From contig JBHGBC010000010.1 of assembly GCA_041946805.1 (NCBI GenBank), positions 14,763-78,762 on the forward strand: 64,000 nucleotides of DNA, given 5' to 3'. The stretch comes from a bacterium. GTDB lineage: Bacteria; Hinthialibacterota; Hinthialibacteria; Hinthialibacterales; Hinthialibacteraceae. The notes under the pieces are model-generated. The model saw only the letters and a program-made list of their open reading frames with translations, searched no databases and was not told where the DNA came from. The position numbers and the translations under genes are program-made. This document shows, one piece after another, positions 40,424 to 50,650 of this stretch (position 1 is its first letter; each line of letters begins with the position of its first letter).

Positions 40424-40556
40424 ATCCCCGCGAAAGCGGGGATCCAGGGCCGTTTCCCGTAGGGGTTTGGATTCTAGTGAGTATGGAATTGGAATCAAAG
40501 GATTAGGGTGTTTCAAGGTCCTTCCCTCACCCTAACCCTCCCGGGGGGAGAGGGAA
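40424..40556. repeat. Two REP palindromes between convergent genes
   Basis: ATCCCCGCGAAAGCGGGGATCCAG and CCCTCACCCTAACCCTCCCGGGGGGAGAGGGA. Confidence 0.7.
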
Positions 40557-40642
40557 CTCGCTTTTTCGATTGGATGTACGGTTTTCCCCATGCAGTTAAA
40601 TCTTGCAGATATGCTGGGTAAAGATCCGCCCCGGTGAGAAGT

Positions 40643-41806
40643 TCACGCCTTCAACGGATCCTCCCACACTCCCGGGATGGGGGTTTTGCATTTCTTGCAG
40701 CAGCCTTTTTCCAGGCCTTCGAGAGAGGAACGGAAGCCCAACCGGCGGATGACCATCTCTCCGCATTGGGGGCACAGGGTATTCTCGGCGGGATGGCCGG
40801 GCACGTTGCCAATGTATACGTAACGCAGTCCCTCCCCGCGCATGATCTTGGCCAACCGCTCCAGGGTTTTGACCGGCGTGGCGGGAATGTTTTTCAACTT
40901 GTAATTCGGCGAAAAACGGGTCAGGTGCACGGGGACATCCAGCCCTAGATGTTCCTGAATCCATTTCGCCATGCCCTGGTTCTCCGCGTCGCTGTCGTTC
41001 AAGGTGGGTATGATCAAGACCACGAGTTCCAGCCAGACTTTCTCCTCCCGGATGACTTCCAACGCCCGCAGGACCGGCTGGAGTTCGCCCTTGCAGGAAT
41101 CCTTGTAGAAGGATTCCGTGAAACCCTTGAAGTCGATCTTCACGCCCGTCAGCTGTCTCAGCAATTGGCGCAAGGGCTTTTCTTGAATGAAACCGTTGGA
41201 GATCATGACGCTGCCCACGCCCAATTCCCGGGCGGCCTGGGCTGTGTCCAGCATGTATTCGTAATAGATCACTGGTTCCGAGTAAGTGTAGGCGATGGTG
41301 GGCGACTGGGAATCGGCCGCCAGCTTCGCCGTCCGGGCCGGAGGAAGATCGAACATCTGGATCTGCTCGGGCCGGAACTGGGAGATGTCCCAGTTTTGAC
41401 AAAAACTGCATTCCATGTTGCAGCCCGCCGTGGCGAGCGAAAACGCCGCCGTCCCCGGCCGGTAGTGGAACAACGGCTTCTTCTCGATGGGATCGATGTG
41501 CAGTGTACACGGCCGCCCATAGACCAGGGTATGATAGATCCCCTGATGATTTTCCCGCACGCCGCAATAACCGCGTTCGCCATCGGCCACCTGGCATTCC
41601 TTGGGGCAAAGTTGGCACAGGATTTTCAAATCCTCGACCTTCTCGTAATGCAGCGCTTCGTGAGTGGACACTTCCTTCGTGAGGGGCAGCATCCCCTCAT
41701 CCTCGGCGGAATAAGCGGGTAACGCCATGGCGCCGCCCCAGGCCAGCGCGCATCCCGCGCCGCCGGCCGAGGCGATGAATTGTCTTCGGGTGATGGAATG
41801 GTTCAT
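40643..41806 (-). CDS. amrS: AmmeMemoRadiSam radical SAM enzyme with Tat signal
   Basis: TRRQFI; CQLCPKEC..GYCGVR; DPIEKKPLFH; CNMECSFCQNW; AYTYSEP; YVYIGNV; CPQCG. Confidence 0.92.
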   Translation of the reverse strand: MNHSITRRQFIASAGGAGCALAWGGAMALPAYSAEDEGMLPLTKEVSTHEALHYEKVEDLKILCQLCPKECQVADGERGYCGVRENHQGIYHTLVYGRPCTLHIDPIEKKPLFHYRPGTAAFSLATAGCNMECSFCQNWDISQFRPEQIQMFDLPPARTAKLAADSQSPTIAYTYSEPVIYYEYMLDTAQAARELGVGSVMISNGFIQEKPLRQLLRQLTGVKIDFKGFTESFYKDSCKGELQPVLRALEVIREEKVWLELVVLIIPTLNDSDAENQGMAKWIQEHLGLDVPVHLTRFSPNYKLKNIPATPVKTLERLAKIMRGEGLRYVYIGNVPGHPAENTLCPQCGEMVIRRLGFRSSLEGLEKGCCKKCKTPIPGVWEDPLKA

Positions 41807-41816
41807 CGGATGCCTC

Positions 41817-42839
41817 TCACACGGTCACTTCCTTGAATTCGATCCGGGAAAGATCGGCGATGCCTGCTTTTTTCTCTTCGGCGAGTTGGATGTAGAGCGG
41901 TTCTTTCCCTTTGTCTTTCAGGGAGGGCAATTTCCGCTCCCTCCGCTTTTGCTCGATGATCCGCGCCCCCACGCTGTCCAGGGCCACCGGGTCCGTCGAA
42001 ATCAATAATCCGCCATATTCCCACGCGCCCTTGGGACTGTACGAGGGGCCGCCGTCGCACTGGGCGCGGAAGCCGTCGCAGATATTCAGGCGCAATTTGG
42101 TTCGGATATAAGGATGCAGGCAAAGGTCGGGCAGATAGGGATCCTTGTGCACATCAAAATGGTACTTGTTGGGATTGTGGATCACTCCGAACAGATTTTT
42201 CATCGCGACCGACACGCCCGACAGGTCATGATCCTTCAGCACGCCCAGATTGATGAGCGCCGTGCAGCCGCGCGAAACGACGCGGGAGAAACACGAGCCG
42301 ATACTGCCGCTGATTTCCGGCTCCTCCTCGTACCCCACGCCCTTCGAATCGGTGGCGATGAGCACCGCCTTGCCCGCGGCCGCCGCCGGATCGTAGCCCG
42401 CCTTGACCAATTCGCGCTCGCTCCGGTCCCAGATTGCGACGCGTCCGGGTGATACGCCCGCCTGTACCAACCGTTCCGCGATGAGATAGGCCAATTCGGG
42501 GTGGGGCGACAGCATCCGGCCTCCCAGGGCGTTGACCTTGATGGCCACCTGGTCGCTGGACGAGAACAACGCGCGCCAGGCGTCGATGGGATCCTTCTTG
42601 TCCGACAAGGCCCGCATGGCTTCATCCAGCAATTTCCCCAGGCCTTCCACGTCGATTCCAGAAGGCGGCCGCAACAATCCGTCCTTGCGGGCCGCCACCA
42701 TCCGGCTTTTGCTGATTCCCACGGGTACTCCAGAAGCGCCCGCGGTACGTTTCGCGATCCACAAGGCCGGAAAAACGAAAAGAGCTCCCCCCGCGGATTG
42801 CAGAAAACGCCGCCGGGATGTCTTGGTTGTCATGATCAT
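41817..42839 (-). CDS. Tat-exported DUF362-domain protein
   Basis: SRRRFL; VAIKVN; LKDH; AMKNLFG; GGP; DPVALD. Confidence 0.88.
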   Translation of the reverse strand: MIMTTKTSRRRFLQSAGGALFVFPALWIAKRTAGASGVPVGISKSRMVAARKDGLLRPPSGIDVEGLGKLLDEAMRALSDKKDPIDAWRALFSSSDQVAIKVNALGGRMLSPHPELAYLIAERLVQAGVSPGRVAIWDRSERELVKAGYDPAAAAGKAVLIATDSKGVGYEEEPEISGSIGSCFSRVVSRGCTALINLGVLKDHDLSGVSVAMKNLFGVIHNPNKYHFDVHKDPYLPDLCLHPYIRTKLRLNICDGFRAQCDGGPSYSPKGAWEYGGLLISTDPVALDSVGARIIEQKRRERKLPSLKDKGKEPLYIQLAEEKKAGIADLSRIEFKEVTV

Positions 42840-44347
42840 GGTTTTTTCAAATCGCGGTAAGTTTCACCGAAAACCTGCGCGGTGAAGGTCTGAAACGCGC
42901 AGCCGGATTTCCAATCATCCACATCGAGCCCGGCTTTCAGGCACAAATGGCTGAGCGTTTCCTCGATGGTCCACCCCTGTTCCAGCGCTACCTGGGGCAG
43001 GAACAGGGCTTGCCGGTTCCCTTTCGCCAGCACCATGCCATCCCGTCCCAGCATGATCTCTCTCCAGGAGGGGACGGATTTCAAGGGAGATAGAACGGAG
43101 ATTTCAATTTCAATATCCTGCAATTCGTTCGGCTTTACCGGTTCAAACCGCCGGTCGCGCAGGGCCGAGAGCAGCACGGTGCGCGCCGCCTCCTGGTAGA
43201 GTGGCTGTTCGCCTTCCATGTGACCGATGCACCCCCGCAGATCGCCCTTTTCCTTCAGCGTGACGAAGATGCCCTTTTTCGCCTTCATCCGCTCCGTGAT
43301 CTGATCCTCGGGGGGTGTGAAAACCGCCGGTTTCTGGCCCTTCAGGGTGTTCTCCAGGGTCGTGCGGGCGATGGCCAGCAGCCGGCCGGCTTCCTCCTCG
43401 TTCAGATAATCCGGCTGTTCGCGGAAGAGCAGGGAACAATAACTGACGGATTCGTCATAATCTCCGGTCTTGTCACCCGATGTGGCATACCGCAAGAATT
43501 CCACCTGGGTTTGCATCGGCAGGGCCATCAGCCCGATCAGGATCGGATTGCGCCCGCAGATGGTGGCCTGGGTTCTTTCCAGGAACCTCCACAGTCCCAG
43601 GACATCGAATTGCAGGATGTGATTGACCGCCGCGAAATCCAGGCGCTGCACGTTTTCCTTCACCTTGTCCTTGAAGGGAATATAACCAAACCGCCGCCCC
43701 TGATGAGTGAAATCCGAACTCATCACCAGCAAGGTCCCGGAATCCAGCAACGGTTTGACCGCGTTGGCGATCGCCACGCAGTTTTCCGGAGAGATTTCAC
43801 CGATCACGATGGGAACCAGGGAGAAATCCTGGAAAACCGATTGCAAAAAGGGCAACTGGATTTCGACGCTGTGCTCCTCTTCATGCGCCGCGGGAACGGT
43901 TTTCATCCCGGGGATTTCCAGCAACTGTTTGCAGGCCGCGGTGTCCAGTTTCACGATACCCAGCGGGGTCTCGTAGGCGTCGAAGTCGGGTATCGATCCC
44001 CCCTGGATCGCCACATGATGCGACGGTCCCATGACAATCACCCGCTTGACCGGCTGTCCCCGCACGGCCTTGTAGGCGTAGGCGGCGGTATCGCCCGACC
44101 AGGTGTAACCGGCATGAGGCACGATGAGGGCCCGCGCCCGGTCGGGGTTGGGGGGAGTCTCGGGCGCTTTCTTGAAAAATCCCTCAATCTGCTTCGTCAG
44201 CGTTGACGCGTCGCCGTCGTACCACGTCCCGGCCAGGGTGGATTTGTGGATTCGACTTTCGGCGGCCGCGTCCCCCGGTGCCGCGGCGATTTGCAGAAAC
44301 CACGCCAAACCAAGGAGGGAAAGGGTGATCCGCTTCATGATGCGCAC
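42836..44347 (-). CDS. amrB: AmmeMemoRadiSam protein B (Memo) fused to protein A (AMMECR1), with signal peptide
   Basis: AGTWY, PHAGY, GPSHH, EHSVEIQ, SSDFTH, TICG; then GIFVTL, LRGCIG, DRRF, FLPQVA, LCLKAG. Confidence 0.92.
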   Translation of the reverse strand: MRIMKRITLSLLGLAWFLQIAAAPGDAAAESRIHKSTLAGTWYDGDASTLTKQIEGFFKKAPETPPNPDRARALIVPHAGYTWSGDTAAYAYKAVRGQPVKRVIVMGPSHHVAIQGGSIPDFDAYETPLGIVKLDTAACKQLLEIPGMKTVPAAHEEEHSVEIQLPFLQSVFQDFSLVPIVIGEISPENCVAIANAVKPLLDSGTLLVMSSDFTHQGRRFGYIPFKDKVKENVQRLDFAAVNHILQFDVLGLWRFLERTQATICGRNPILIGLMALPMQTQVEFLRYATSGDKTGDYDESVSYCSLLFREQPDYLNEEEAGRLLAIARTTLENTLKGQKPAVFTPPEDQITERMKAKKGIFVTLKEKGDLRGCIGHMEGEQPLYQEAARTVLLSALRDRRFEPVKPNELQDIEIEISVLSPLKSVPSWREIMLGRDGMVLAKGNRQALFLPQVALEQGWTIEETLSHLCLKAGLDVDDWKSGCAFQTFTAQVFGETYRDLKKP

Positions 44348-44590
44348 CTCATGATGAAATGGAGTTTCTCTATTGTAGAGCTAACAGCCCGTAACGGTAA
44401 TAGGGTTCATTGTCTGATAGGATCCAACGTGGAGGCCGGGATGCCATTTCAAGTGAAAGGGACAACCGGCGAATGGTGATACAGACATCTTGCCGGCTTG
44501 CGATGCATTTTCCACGCGTATCTAAACGAAACCGCCGGAGAAGCATCCCCGGCGGCCGTTTCCGTATGGTGACGAATTCAAATGGACTTA

Positions 44591-45634
44591 TCAGACTTTC
44601 TTGTAGCGGGCGGCCATATCCACCATGGTCACCATCTTGATTTTATCGGCGTGGCCGGCCTGCCCGAAGGCGATCATGCGGTCCTTGCACACCAGCCGCA
44701 TCGCTTCCCGGGCCGGTCCCAGGTAGCCGCGGGGATCGAATTCCGCCGGATTTTCCGCGAAGATCTTGCGGATCGCGCCGGTCATGGCCAGGCGGTTGTC
44801 GGTGTCCACGTTGATTTTGCGCACGCCGTGCTTGATCCCGCGCTGGATCTCTTCCACCGGCACGCCATAGGCTTTCTTGATCCCGCCGCCGTACTGGTTG
44901 ATCAGGTCCACCAATTCGCCGGGGACGGAGGACGACCCATGCATCACCAGGTGGGTGTTGGGCAGTTTGCGGTGAATGGCCTCGATGCGGTCCATGGCCA
45001 GCACGTCGCCGGTGGGCTTTTTGGTGAATTTGTACGCGCCGTGGCTGGTCCCGATGGCTACCGCCAGCGCGTCCACACCCGTCTGGGCCACGAAATTCAC
45101 CGCCTGATCCGGGTCGGTCAGCAATTTTTCCCGGTCCAGGGCGCCTTCAAATCCATGTCCGTCTTCCTTGTCGCCCTTGCCGGTCTCCAAACTGCCCAGG
45201 CATCCCAGTTCGCCTTCGACGCTCACGCCCCGGGCGTGGGCGTATTCCACGACCTGGCGGGTGACTTTTACATTATAATCGTAAGAGGCCGGTGTTTTCC
45301 CATCTTCCATCAGGGAGCCATCCATCATCACGCTGGTGAAATTTTGATCGATGGCGGACATGCACGTGGCGGGGCTGTTGCCATGGTCCTGGTGCATGGC
45401 GATCGGAATGTTGGGGTGCAATTCCGCCGCGGCCAGCATCAGGTGGCGGAGATAATTGTCGTTGGAATATTTGCGCGCGCCCCGGCTGGCCTGGATGATC
45501 ACGGGGGAATTGGTCTCCACCGCCGCGGCCATGATCGCCTGGATTTGTTCCATGTTGTTCACATTGAAGGCCGCGATGCCATAATCATGCTCGGCGGCGT
45601 GATCGAGAAGTGCTCTCATGGGTACGAGTGGCAT
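44591..45634 (-). CDS. fba: Fructose-bisphosphate aldolase class II
   Basis: [48 protein letters not shown]. Confidence 0.96.
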   Translation of the reverse strand: MPLVPMRALLDHAAEHDYGIAAFNVNNMEQIQAIMAAAVETNSPVIIQASRGARKYSNDNYLRHLMLAAAELHPNIPIAMHQDHGNSPATCMSAIDQNFTSVMMDGSLMEDGKTPASYDYNVKVTRQVVEYAHARGVSVEGELGCLGSLETGKGDKEDGHGFEGALDREKLLTDPDQAVNFVAQTGVDALAVAIGTSHGAYKFTKKPTGDVLAMDRIEAIHRKLPNTHLVMHGSSSVPGELVDLINQYGGGIKKAYGVPVEEIQRGIKHGVRKINVDTDNRLAMTGAIRKIFAENPAEFDPRGYLGPAREAMRLVCKDRMIAFGQAGHADKIKMVTMVDMAARYKKV

Positions 45635-45847
45635 GATATCGGTTCTCCTTTTCAGTCTGGATACCATCAAGTGTAATGGCTATTGCGCAAACGGGAAGAT
45701 TGACGCAACAAGGGATATTCGATTTTGACGCTTGCGATGGCCATCCCCCGCCGAAATCCCCGGGGCCCGGTTTGACCATCTTGCTTGCGGCCCGGGAATC
45801 CTGTATAACAAATTGTTTCAACTCATATACCCTTATCTGTCGATTCC

Positions 45848-47104
45848 ATGGACCAAAACGTTTGCGCTGACATCGTATCCAAGCATGGGAAGGAATGCTA
45901 TTCCTTTTTCAATGAGCCGGTTTGCGTGAGCGAGGAAGGCTACAAGCACCTCATGGCGGACATGACCCGCGAGGCGCAGCGCCTGGCCGGCCTGCATTCC
46001 GTCTATATGGATGAAATCCTCTTCGGGCATTCCATCTCCCAAATCAAACTGATCGTGGTCTACGACGCCGAGACCTGCGATGAATACAACCTCAAATTCG
46101 ACCAAGTCTTGCGCACCATCGGGACCCGGAACATCGTCGACGAGGACCTGCTCTCCATCGACCAAAAACTGCTGGAGAATTTCCCCAAGTTTGATTGCCT
46201 CCTGCAGCCCCAATGGGTGATGGGGAAAAAACTGAACATCCAGTATCCCACCGCCGGCGAAGTGCGTTTCTTCAACATCTCCATGGTGTTGGACCTGCTC
46301 TGCGGCGGATTCCTGCGCGATTTTTTCATTTGGGAAGTCGACCGCCAGGTCAACACCCGCGAGGCCCTGTGGAAATTGAAACGGCTGCGCCGCCTGGTCG
46401 ATCTCGTCAAAATGATCCTGCGCAAGGAAGCCACGCCCCGCTGGGACCAGTACATGGATACCGTGTACACCATGTGCGACCACTGGTTCGACATGGGCAT
46501 CGAGCGCTACCGCATGCTCATGTGGACCGTCCGCGAGGGGCTGTGCATCCTGTTCGACCTGATCCAGGAACTGAAACTCTATTTCGACCGGTTTCGGGTC
46601 GTAAACTTGAAACTCGACCCCCATGTCAGCAATCCCTATGCCCTGCTGGTCAGCGACAAGATCGTGACCTATTTCATCGACAATTGGGAGCCCAGCGCGG
46701 CGCTCGAAAAAATGATCTGGTGCCGGGAAAAACTCGGCCAGTTCATCACCGTCCTGCCGGCTTCGTTCTCCATGCAACTCTACGAATACACCAAGGGCCA
46801 TAACGCCCTGAGCCGGTATATCAAATCCTGTTTCACCGTGGACGGCATCAGCGGCAACATGGAACGCTCCTACATCTCTCTGGAACGCTGCAAAATCCTC
46901 AATCACTACCTGAGCTTCAAGATCAATCTTGGTTTATCCCTCGAAGACGATACAATTTTTCACTGCAATCTGCGGGACGGTTCCACCCTCGCCAAGGCCA
47001 CGAACATGATGAATGTCCAGAAAAATAAGGTTCGGCTGAAACGGGTCCAACGGATCCTCCGGGGCGAAGAGGAACCGGCCGGTGAAATGATCGAGGAAGG
47101 TTAA
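45848..47104 (+). CDS. Hypothetical protein, possibly a degenerate Pol-beta nucleotidyltransferase fold
   Basis: 418-aa ORF with host-like codon usage; 5-bp gap to lysA; SVYMDEILFGHSISQIKLIVVY resembles hGS..GhSDhDhhh. Confidence 0.75.
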   Translation: MDQNVCADIVSKHGKECYSFFNEPVCVSEEGYKHLMADMTREAQRLAGLHSVYMDEILFGHSISQIKLIVVYDAETCDEYNLKFDQVLRTIGTRNIVDEDLLSIDQKLLENFPKFDCLLQPQWVMGKKLNIQYPTAGEVRFFNISMVLDLLCGGFLRDFFIWEVDRQVNTREALWKLKRLRRLVDLVKMILRKEATPRWDQYMDTVYTMCDHWFDMGIERYRMLMWTVREGLCILFDLIQELKLYFDRFRVVNLKLDPHVSNPYALLVSDKIVTYFIDNWEPSAALEKMIWCREKLGQFITVLPASFSMQLYEYTKGHNALSRYIKSCFTVDGISGNMERSYISLERCKILNHYLSFKINLGLSLEDDTIFHCNLRDGSTLAKATNMMNVQKNKVRLKRVQRILRGEEEPAGEMIEEG

Positions 47105-47109
47105 CATCC

Positions 47110-48378
47110 ATGTCTCAGGCTTTTGACACCCGCTCCCGGTTTTTTGCTTACCGGGACGGGCGGCTGTTTGCGGAAAATACCAGTCTAGACGAAATCGCGG
47201 CGGCATGGGGCACTCCCACCTACGTTTATTCGCTGCAGGCGATCCTCACGGCCTTGCAAGACTACCAACGCGGCCTGAAGGGCCTGCCCCATCTCGTCGC
47301 CTTCGCGGTCAAGGCCAACGGCAACGTGGCGATTTTACGTCACCTGGGCGCCGCGGGAGCAGGCGCGGATTTGACCTCCGCGGGCGAACTCCATGCCGCC
47401 CTGAAAGCAGGAATACCCGCAGACCGTATGATCTTCTCCGGAGTGGGGAAGACCGATGACGAAATCGTCATGGCGTTGCGCGTCGGCATTTTGATGCTGA
47501 ACATCGAATCCGAGCCGGAATTGGAGACGATCGCCCGCCTGGCCGCTGGACGGGGCCTGCGCGCCCCCATCGCCATCCGTGTCAATCCCAACGTCGATCC
47601 GAAAACCCACCCCAAGATCAGCACCGGCCTCAAACAGCACAAGTTCGGGGTACCCTGGGAACAAGCCCGGAAATTATACGAAAAGGCGGCAGGCATCTCC
47701 TCGCTGGAAATCCAGGGAATCGCCGCGCACATCGGTTCTTCCCTGATGGACACCGCACCGTTGCTGCAAGCGCTGGATCTGTTGCTGGAGTTTCGACAAT
47801 ACCTTCAAAACAAAGGAATTGCGATTCCATACCTTGACTTGGGAGGAGGCTTGGGGATCCAGTACGAGAACCTTGTCCCTGAAACCCCCTCCGAATATTC
47901 CCAGAAGTTAAAGCAACGCATCAAGGATTCCGGTGTCACCCTCATCCTGGAACCAGGCCGTTCAATCGTCGGAAACGGCGGAATTCTTTTGACTAAAGTC
48001 GCATACGTTAAGAAGAGTGATGATAACATCTTTGTCGTGGTGGACGCCGGGATGAATTCACTGGCCCGCCCGGCAATCTATGGGGCGTATCATCACATCG
48101 TGCCGGTGGTGATGCGGGATGGAGCGGCGCAAACCGTGGACGTCGTGGGGCCGATCTGTGAAAGCAGTGATGTCTTTGGCAAGAACCGCCATCTGCCGCC
48201 TTGCCAGGCCGGCGACCTGCTGGCGATTTGCTCGGCCGGGGCTTACGGGTATTCCATGGCCTCGAACTACAACGGTCAGCCGCGGCCGGCCGAAGTTCTA
48301 GTGGATGGCGGCCATGGCCGTCTGATCCGCCGCCGCGAAACGCTTGACGACATGCTGCGTAATCAAGTACTGGAATGA
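47110..48378 (+). CDS. lysA: Diaminopimelate decarboxylase
   Basis: TPTYVYS, FAVKAN, KFG, HIGS, DLGGG, EPGR, GPICES, GAYG. Confidence 0.96.
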   Translation: MSQAFDTRSRFFAYRDGRLFAENTSLDEIAAAWGTPTYVYSLQAILTALQDYQRGLKGLPHLVAFAVKANGNVAILRHLGAAGAGADLTSAGELHAALKAGIPADRMIFSGVGKTDDEIVMALRVGILMLNIESEPELETIARLAAGRGLRAPIAIRVNPNVDPKTHPKISTGLKQHKFGVPWEQARKLYEKAAGISSLEIQGIAAHIGSSLMDTAPLLQALDLLLEFRQYLQNKGIAIPYLDLGGGLGIQYENLVPETPSEYSQKLKQRIKDSGVTLILEPGRSIVGNGGILLTKVAYVKKSDDNIFVVVDAGMNSLARPAIYGAYHHIVPVVMRDGAAQTVDVVGPICESSDVFGKNRHLPPCQAGDLLAICSAGAYGYSMASNYNGQPRPAEVLVDGGHGRLIRRRETLDDMLRNQVLE

Positions 48379-48401
48379 ATATCGGGGGGAAAAGAAGTGT
48401 A

Positions 48402-48548
48402 GGCTATCAACTGGGTAAGTATAACATGTCATCGAATCAAGGTTTATAAGAGAGTCTGGCATGGTGCCCGGCAAGACGGGATTTCAGGAAGGGGATGCTG
48501 TAATGAAGGAAGGATATCCATACTAGCGGGAGATCCAGTTGAGTAGCC
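48402..48548. mobile_element. Candidate MITE bounded by GGCTA-TCAACTGG inverted repeats
   Basis: GGCTATCAACTGG ... CCAGTTGAGTAGCC; single copy in the window. Confidence 0.4.
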
Positions 48549-48592
48549 ATTAATTTTAACCTGCCGTGATAAAAATTCCGTGAATTTCCTGA

Positions 48593-48628
48593 TTCCCTCT
48601 CCCTCTGGGAGAGGGCTAGGGTGAGGGA
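48593..48628. repeat. REP palindrome (CCCTCTCCC/GGGAGAGGG family)
   Basis: TTCCCTCTCCCTCTGGGAGAGGGCTAGGGTGAGGGA. Confidence 0.8.
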
Positions 48629-48727
48629 GGCCCTTCCAGAGGGCTAATTCCTCCCTGGTTGCGCAGAAACGCCGCAGGACGGATTAATCCGCAGTGTGGA
48701 ATTCATCAAAAAAAGAGAGACCGAGAT

Positions 48728-49072
48728 ATGCAAAAAGTGAACGCGAACGAGATTCCCTGGTCCTGGGGTGACGCGGGTGTCCGCTATGTGATGCAAGGCC
48801 CCCATGTCGAATGGGGCATCCTGAAGATGAAATCCGGGCAATCTTCCATGGATTACGGCCGTCATGTTCATCATGAGGTGGAAGAGACGTTCTATTTTCT
48901 ATCCGGAACCCCGAAATTTGTCATCGATGGGGTGGAGCACCGCGTCAAACCGGGAGACGCCTACCGCATCGAAGCGCACGAATCCCATGATTTGATTAAT
49001 GATACGGACGAAGACCTCGTGGCCATTTTCATTAAATATCCCTACAATCCCAAAGACCGCCACGCAGAGTGA
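48728..49072 (+). CDS. Cupin-domain protein
   Basis: HVHHEVEETFYFLSG ... ESH cupin motif. Confidence 0.88.
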   Translation: MQKVNANEIPWSWGDAGVRYVMQGPHVEWGILKMKSGQSSMDYGRHVHHEVEETFYFLSGTPKFVIDGVEHRVKPGDAYRIEAHESHDLINDTDEDLVAIFIKYPYNPKDRHAE

Positions 49073-49163
49073 TTGGTCATGTCGAAAGTCGCGGCATGAG
49101 CAGAACAATGATTCTTGAGCAGAGCACCGATTGTAGTCCCTTCATGGGCTGCGAATTAGAAAG

Positions 49164-49258
49164 TCCCCTCTCCCTCTGGAAGAGGGTCTAGGGGTATGCG
49201 GCTGCTGGAGCGGGGGTTGACGCACCCCTCTCCCTCTGGGAGAGGGTCTAGGTGAGGG
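49164..49258. repeat. Direct tandem pair of REP palindromes
   Basis: CCCCTCTCCCTCTGGrAGAGGGTCTAGG twice, 60 bp apart. Confidence 0.8.
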
Positions 49259-49319
49259 TTTCCTGTTTTACTTCATCTTGTCAAAACTCTATACAATCAT
49301 ATCCAATGGAGTCTAACTG

Positions 49320-50498
49320 ATGAAAATCCAGGGATCTGACAGGCTGTCTAAACTGCCGGTCTATTTGTTTGACGATCTTGACGCGCAAAAAGCGGTGGAA
49401 GTGGCCAAGGGGGTGGACGTGATCGACCTGGGCGTGGGTGATCCCGACCGCCCCACTCCGGCCTATATCATCGAAGCCCTCAAGCAAGCGGTGAACAATG
49501 ATAAAAATCACCACTACCCTTCCTACAAAGGTCTTCCGGAATACCGCCAGGCCGTGGCGCATTGGTATAAGAACAATTTCCAGGTTGATCTTGATCCGGA
49601 CAAGGAAGTCCTGGCCTGCATCGGCAGCAAACGGGGCGTGGCCGATCTGCCCATGGCGCTGTGCAATCCGGGCGATATGGTCCTGGTTCCCAATCCCTGC
49701 TACACGGCGTATTTGCCGGGGATCCTCATGGCCGGCGCGGAGGTGCATTTCATGCCTCTGCTCGAGGAAAACGATTTCCTTCCTGATCTCGACGCCATCC
49801 CCGAAGAGATCCGCCGGCGCGCCAAGTTGATGCTGCTCAATTTCCCGGGCAATCCCACCGCCGCGATCGGGCCGTTGTCGTTCTTCAACAAAGTGGTGGC
49901 GTTCGCCGAGCAGTACAACATCATCGTCTCCCATGACGCTCCCTATTCAGAAGCGGTGTTCGATGGAAACCGTCAACCCTCGTTCCTCGAGACCCCCGGG
50001 GCCAAGGAGGTGGGCATCGAGTTCCATTCCGTTTCCAAGGTTTTCAACATGAGCGGGTGGCGTTGCGCGCACGCCGTGGGCAACGCGGCGGTACTGGCTT
50101 GTTTGGGCAAAGTGCGCTCCAATGTGGACATGGGTGTATTCCAGCCGATTCAATACGCCGCCATCGCCGCCCTCACCGGCTCGATGGATTTCACCCGCGA
50201 GATGTGCCGGGTTTATAACCGCCGCCGGGATGTGCTGATCGAGGGACTGAACCGCCTGGGCTGGAATGTCCGCCAAAATCCCGCGTCGTTTTTCATTTGG
50301 ACGCGAGTCCCGCAAAAGGGAATCACTTCCGGAAATTTTGCCGCGTCTTTGTTGAAGAAATCTGGAGTTCTCATTACACCCGGCCGTGGATTCGGCGAGT
50401 ACGGCGAGGGTTACATCCGCATCGCCCTGACCGTCGAGGAAGACCGCTTGCGCGAAGCAGTGGATCGAATCGAAAAAGCGGGATTTGTGTACGCGTGA
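49320..50498 (+). CDS. dapL: LL-diaminopimelate aminotransferase (class I/II PLP)
   Basis: RLSKLPVYLF, DLGVGDPD, NFPGNPT, DAPYSE, SVSKVFNMSGWR; near lysA. Confidence 0.8.
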   Translation: MKIQGSDRLSKLPVYLFDDLDAQKAVEVAKGVDVIDLGVGDPDRPTPAYIIEALKQAVNNDKNHHYPSYKGLPEYRQAVAHWYKNNFQVDLDPDKEVLACIGSKRGVADLPMALCNPGDMVLVPNPCYTAYLPGILMAGAEVHFMPLLEENDFLPDLDAIPEEIRRRAKLMLLNFPGNPTAAIGPLSFFNKVVAFAEQYNIIVSHDAPYSEAVFDGNRQPSFLETPGAKEVGIEFHSVSKVFNMSGWRCAHAVGNAAVLACLGKVRSNVDMGVFQPIQYAAIAALTGSMDFTREMCRVYNRRRDVLIEGLNRLGWNVRQNPASFFIWTRVPQKGITSGNFAASLLKKSGVLITPGRGFGEYGEGYIRIALTVEEDRLREAVDRIEKAGFVYA

Positions 50499-50650
50499 TT
50501 CATCTCGTTTCGGAATCCAATTCACTTCTCATTTCTGCTCCCTCTCCCCCCGGGAGAGAGTTGGGTGATGGATAATCCTCCTTCACGATGTTTTCCATCA
50601 ACCAAAACGATCTATTACTCAGCTCTCTCTTCCCTTGGTTTTGCCCTCCT

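Noticed and set aside
49164..49258. Two 28-bp direct repeats 60 bp apart as a CRISPR
   Set aside because: Only two units, and they belong to the dispersed REP family
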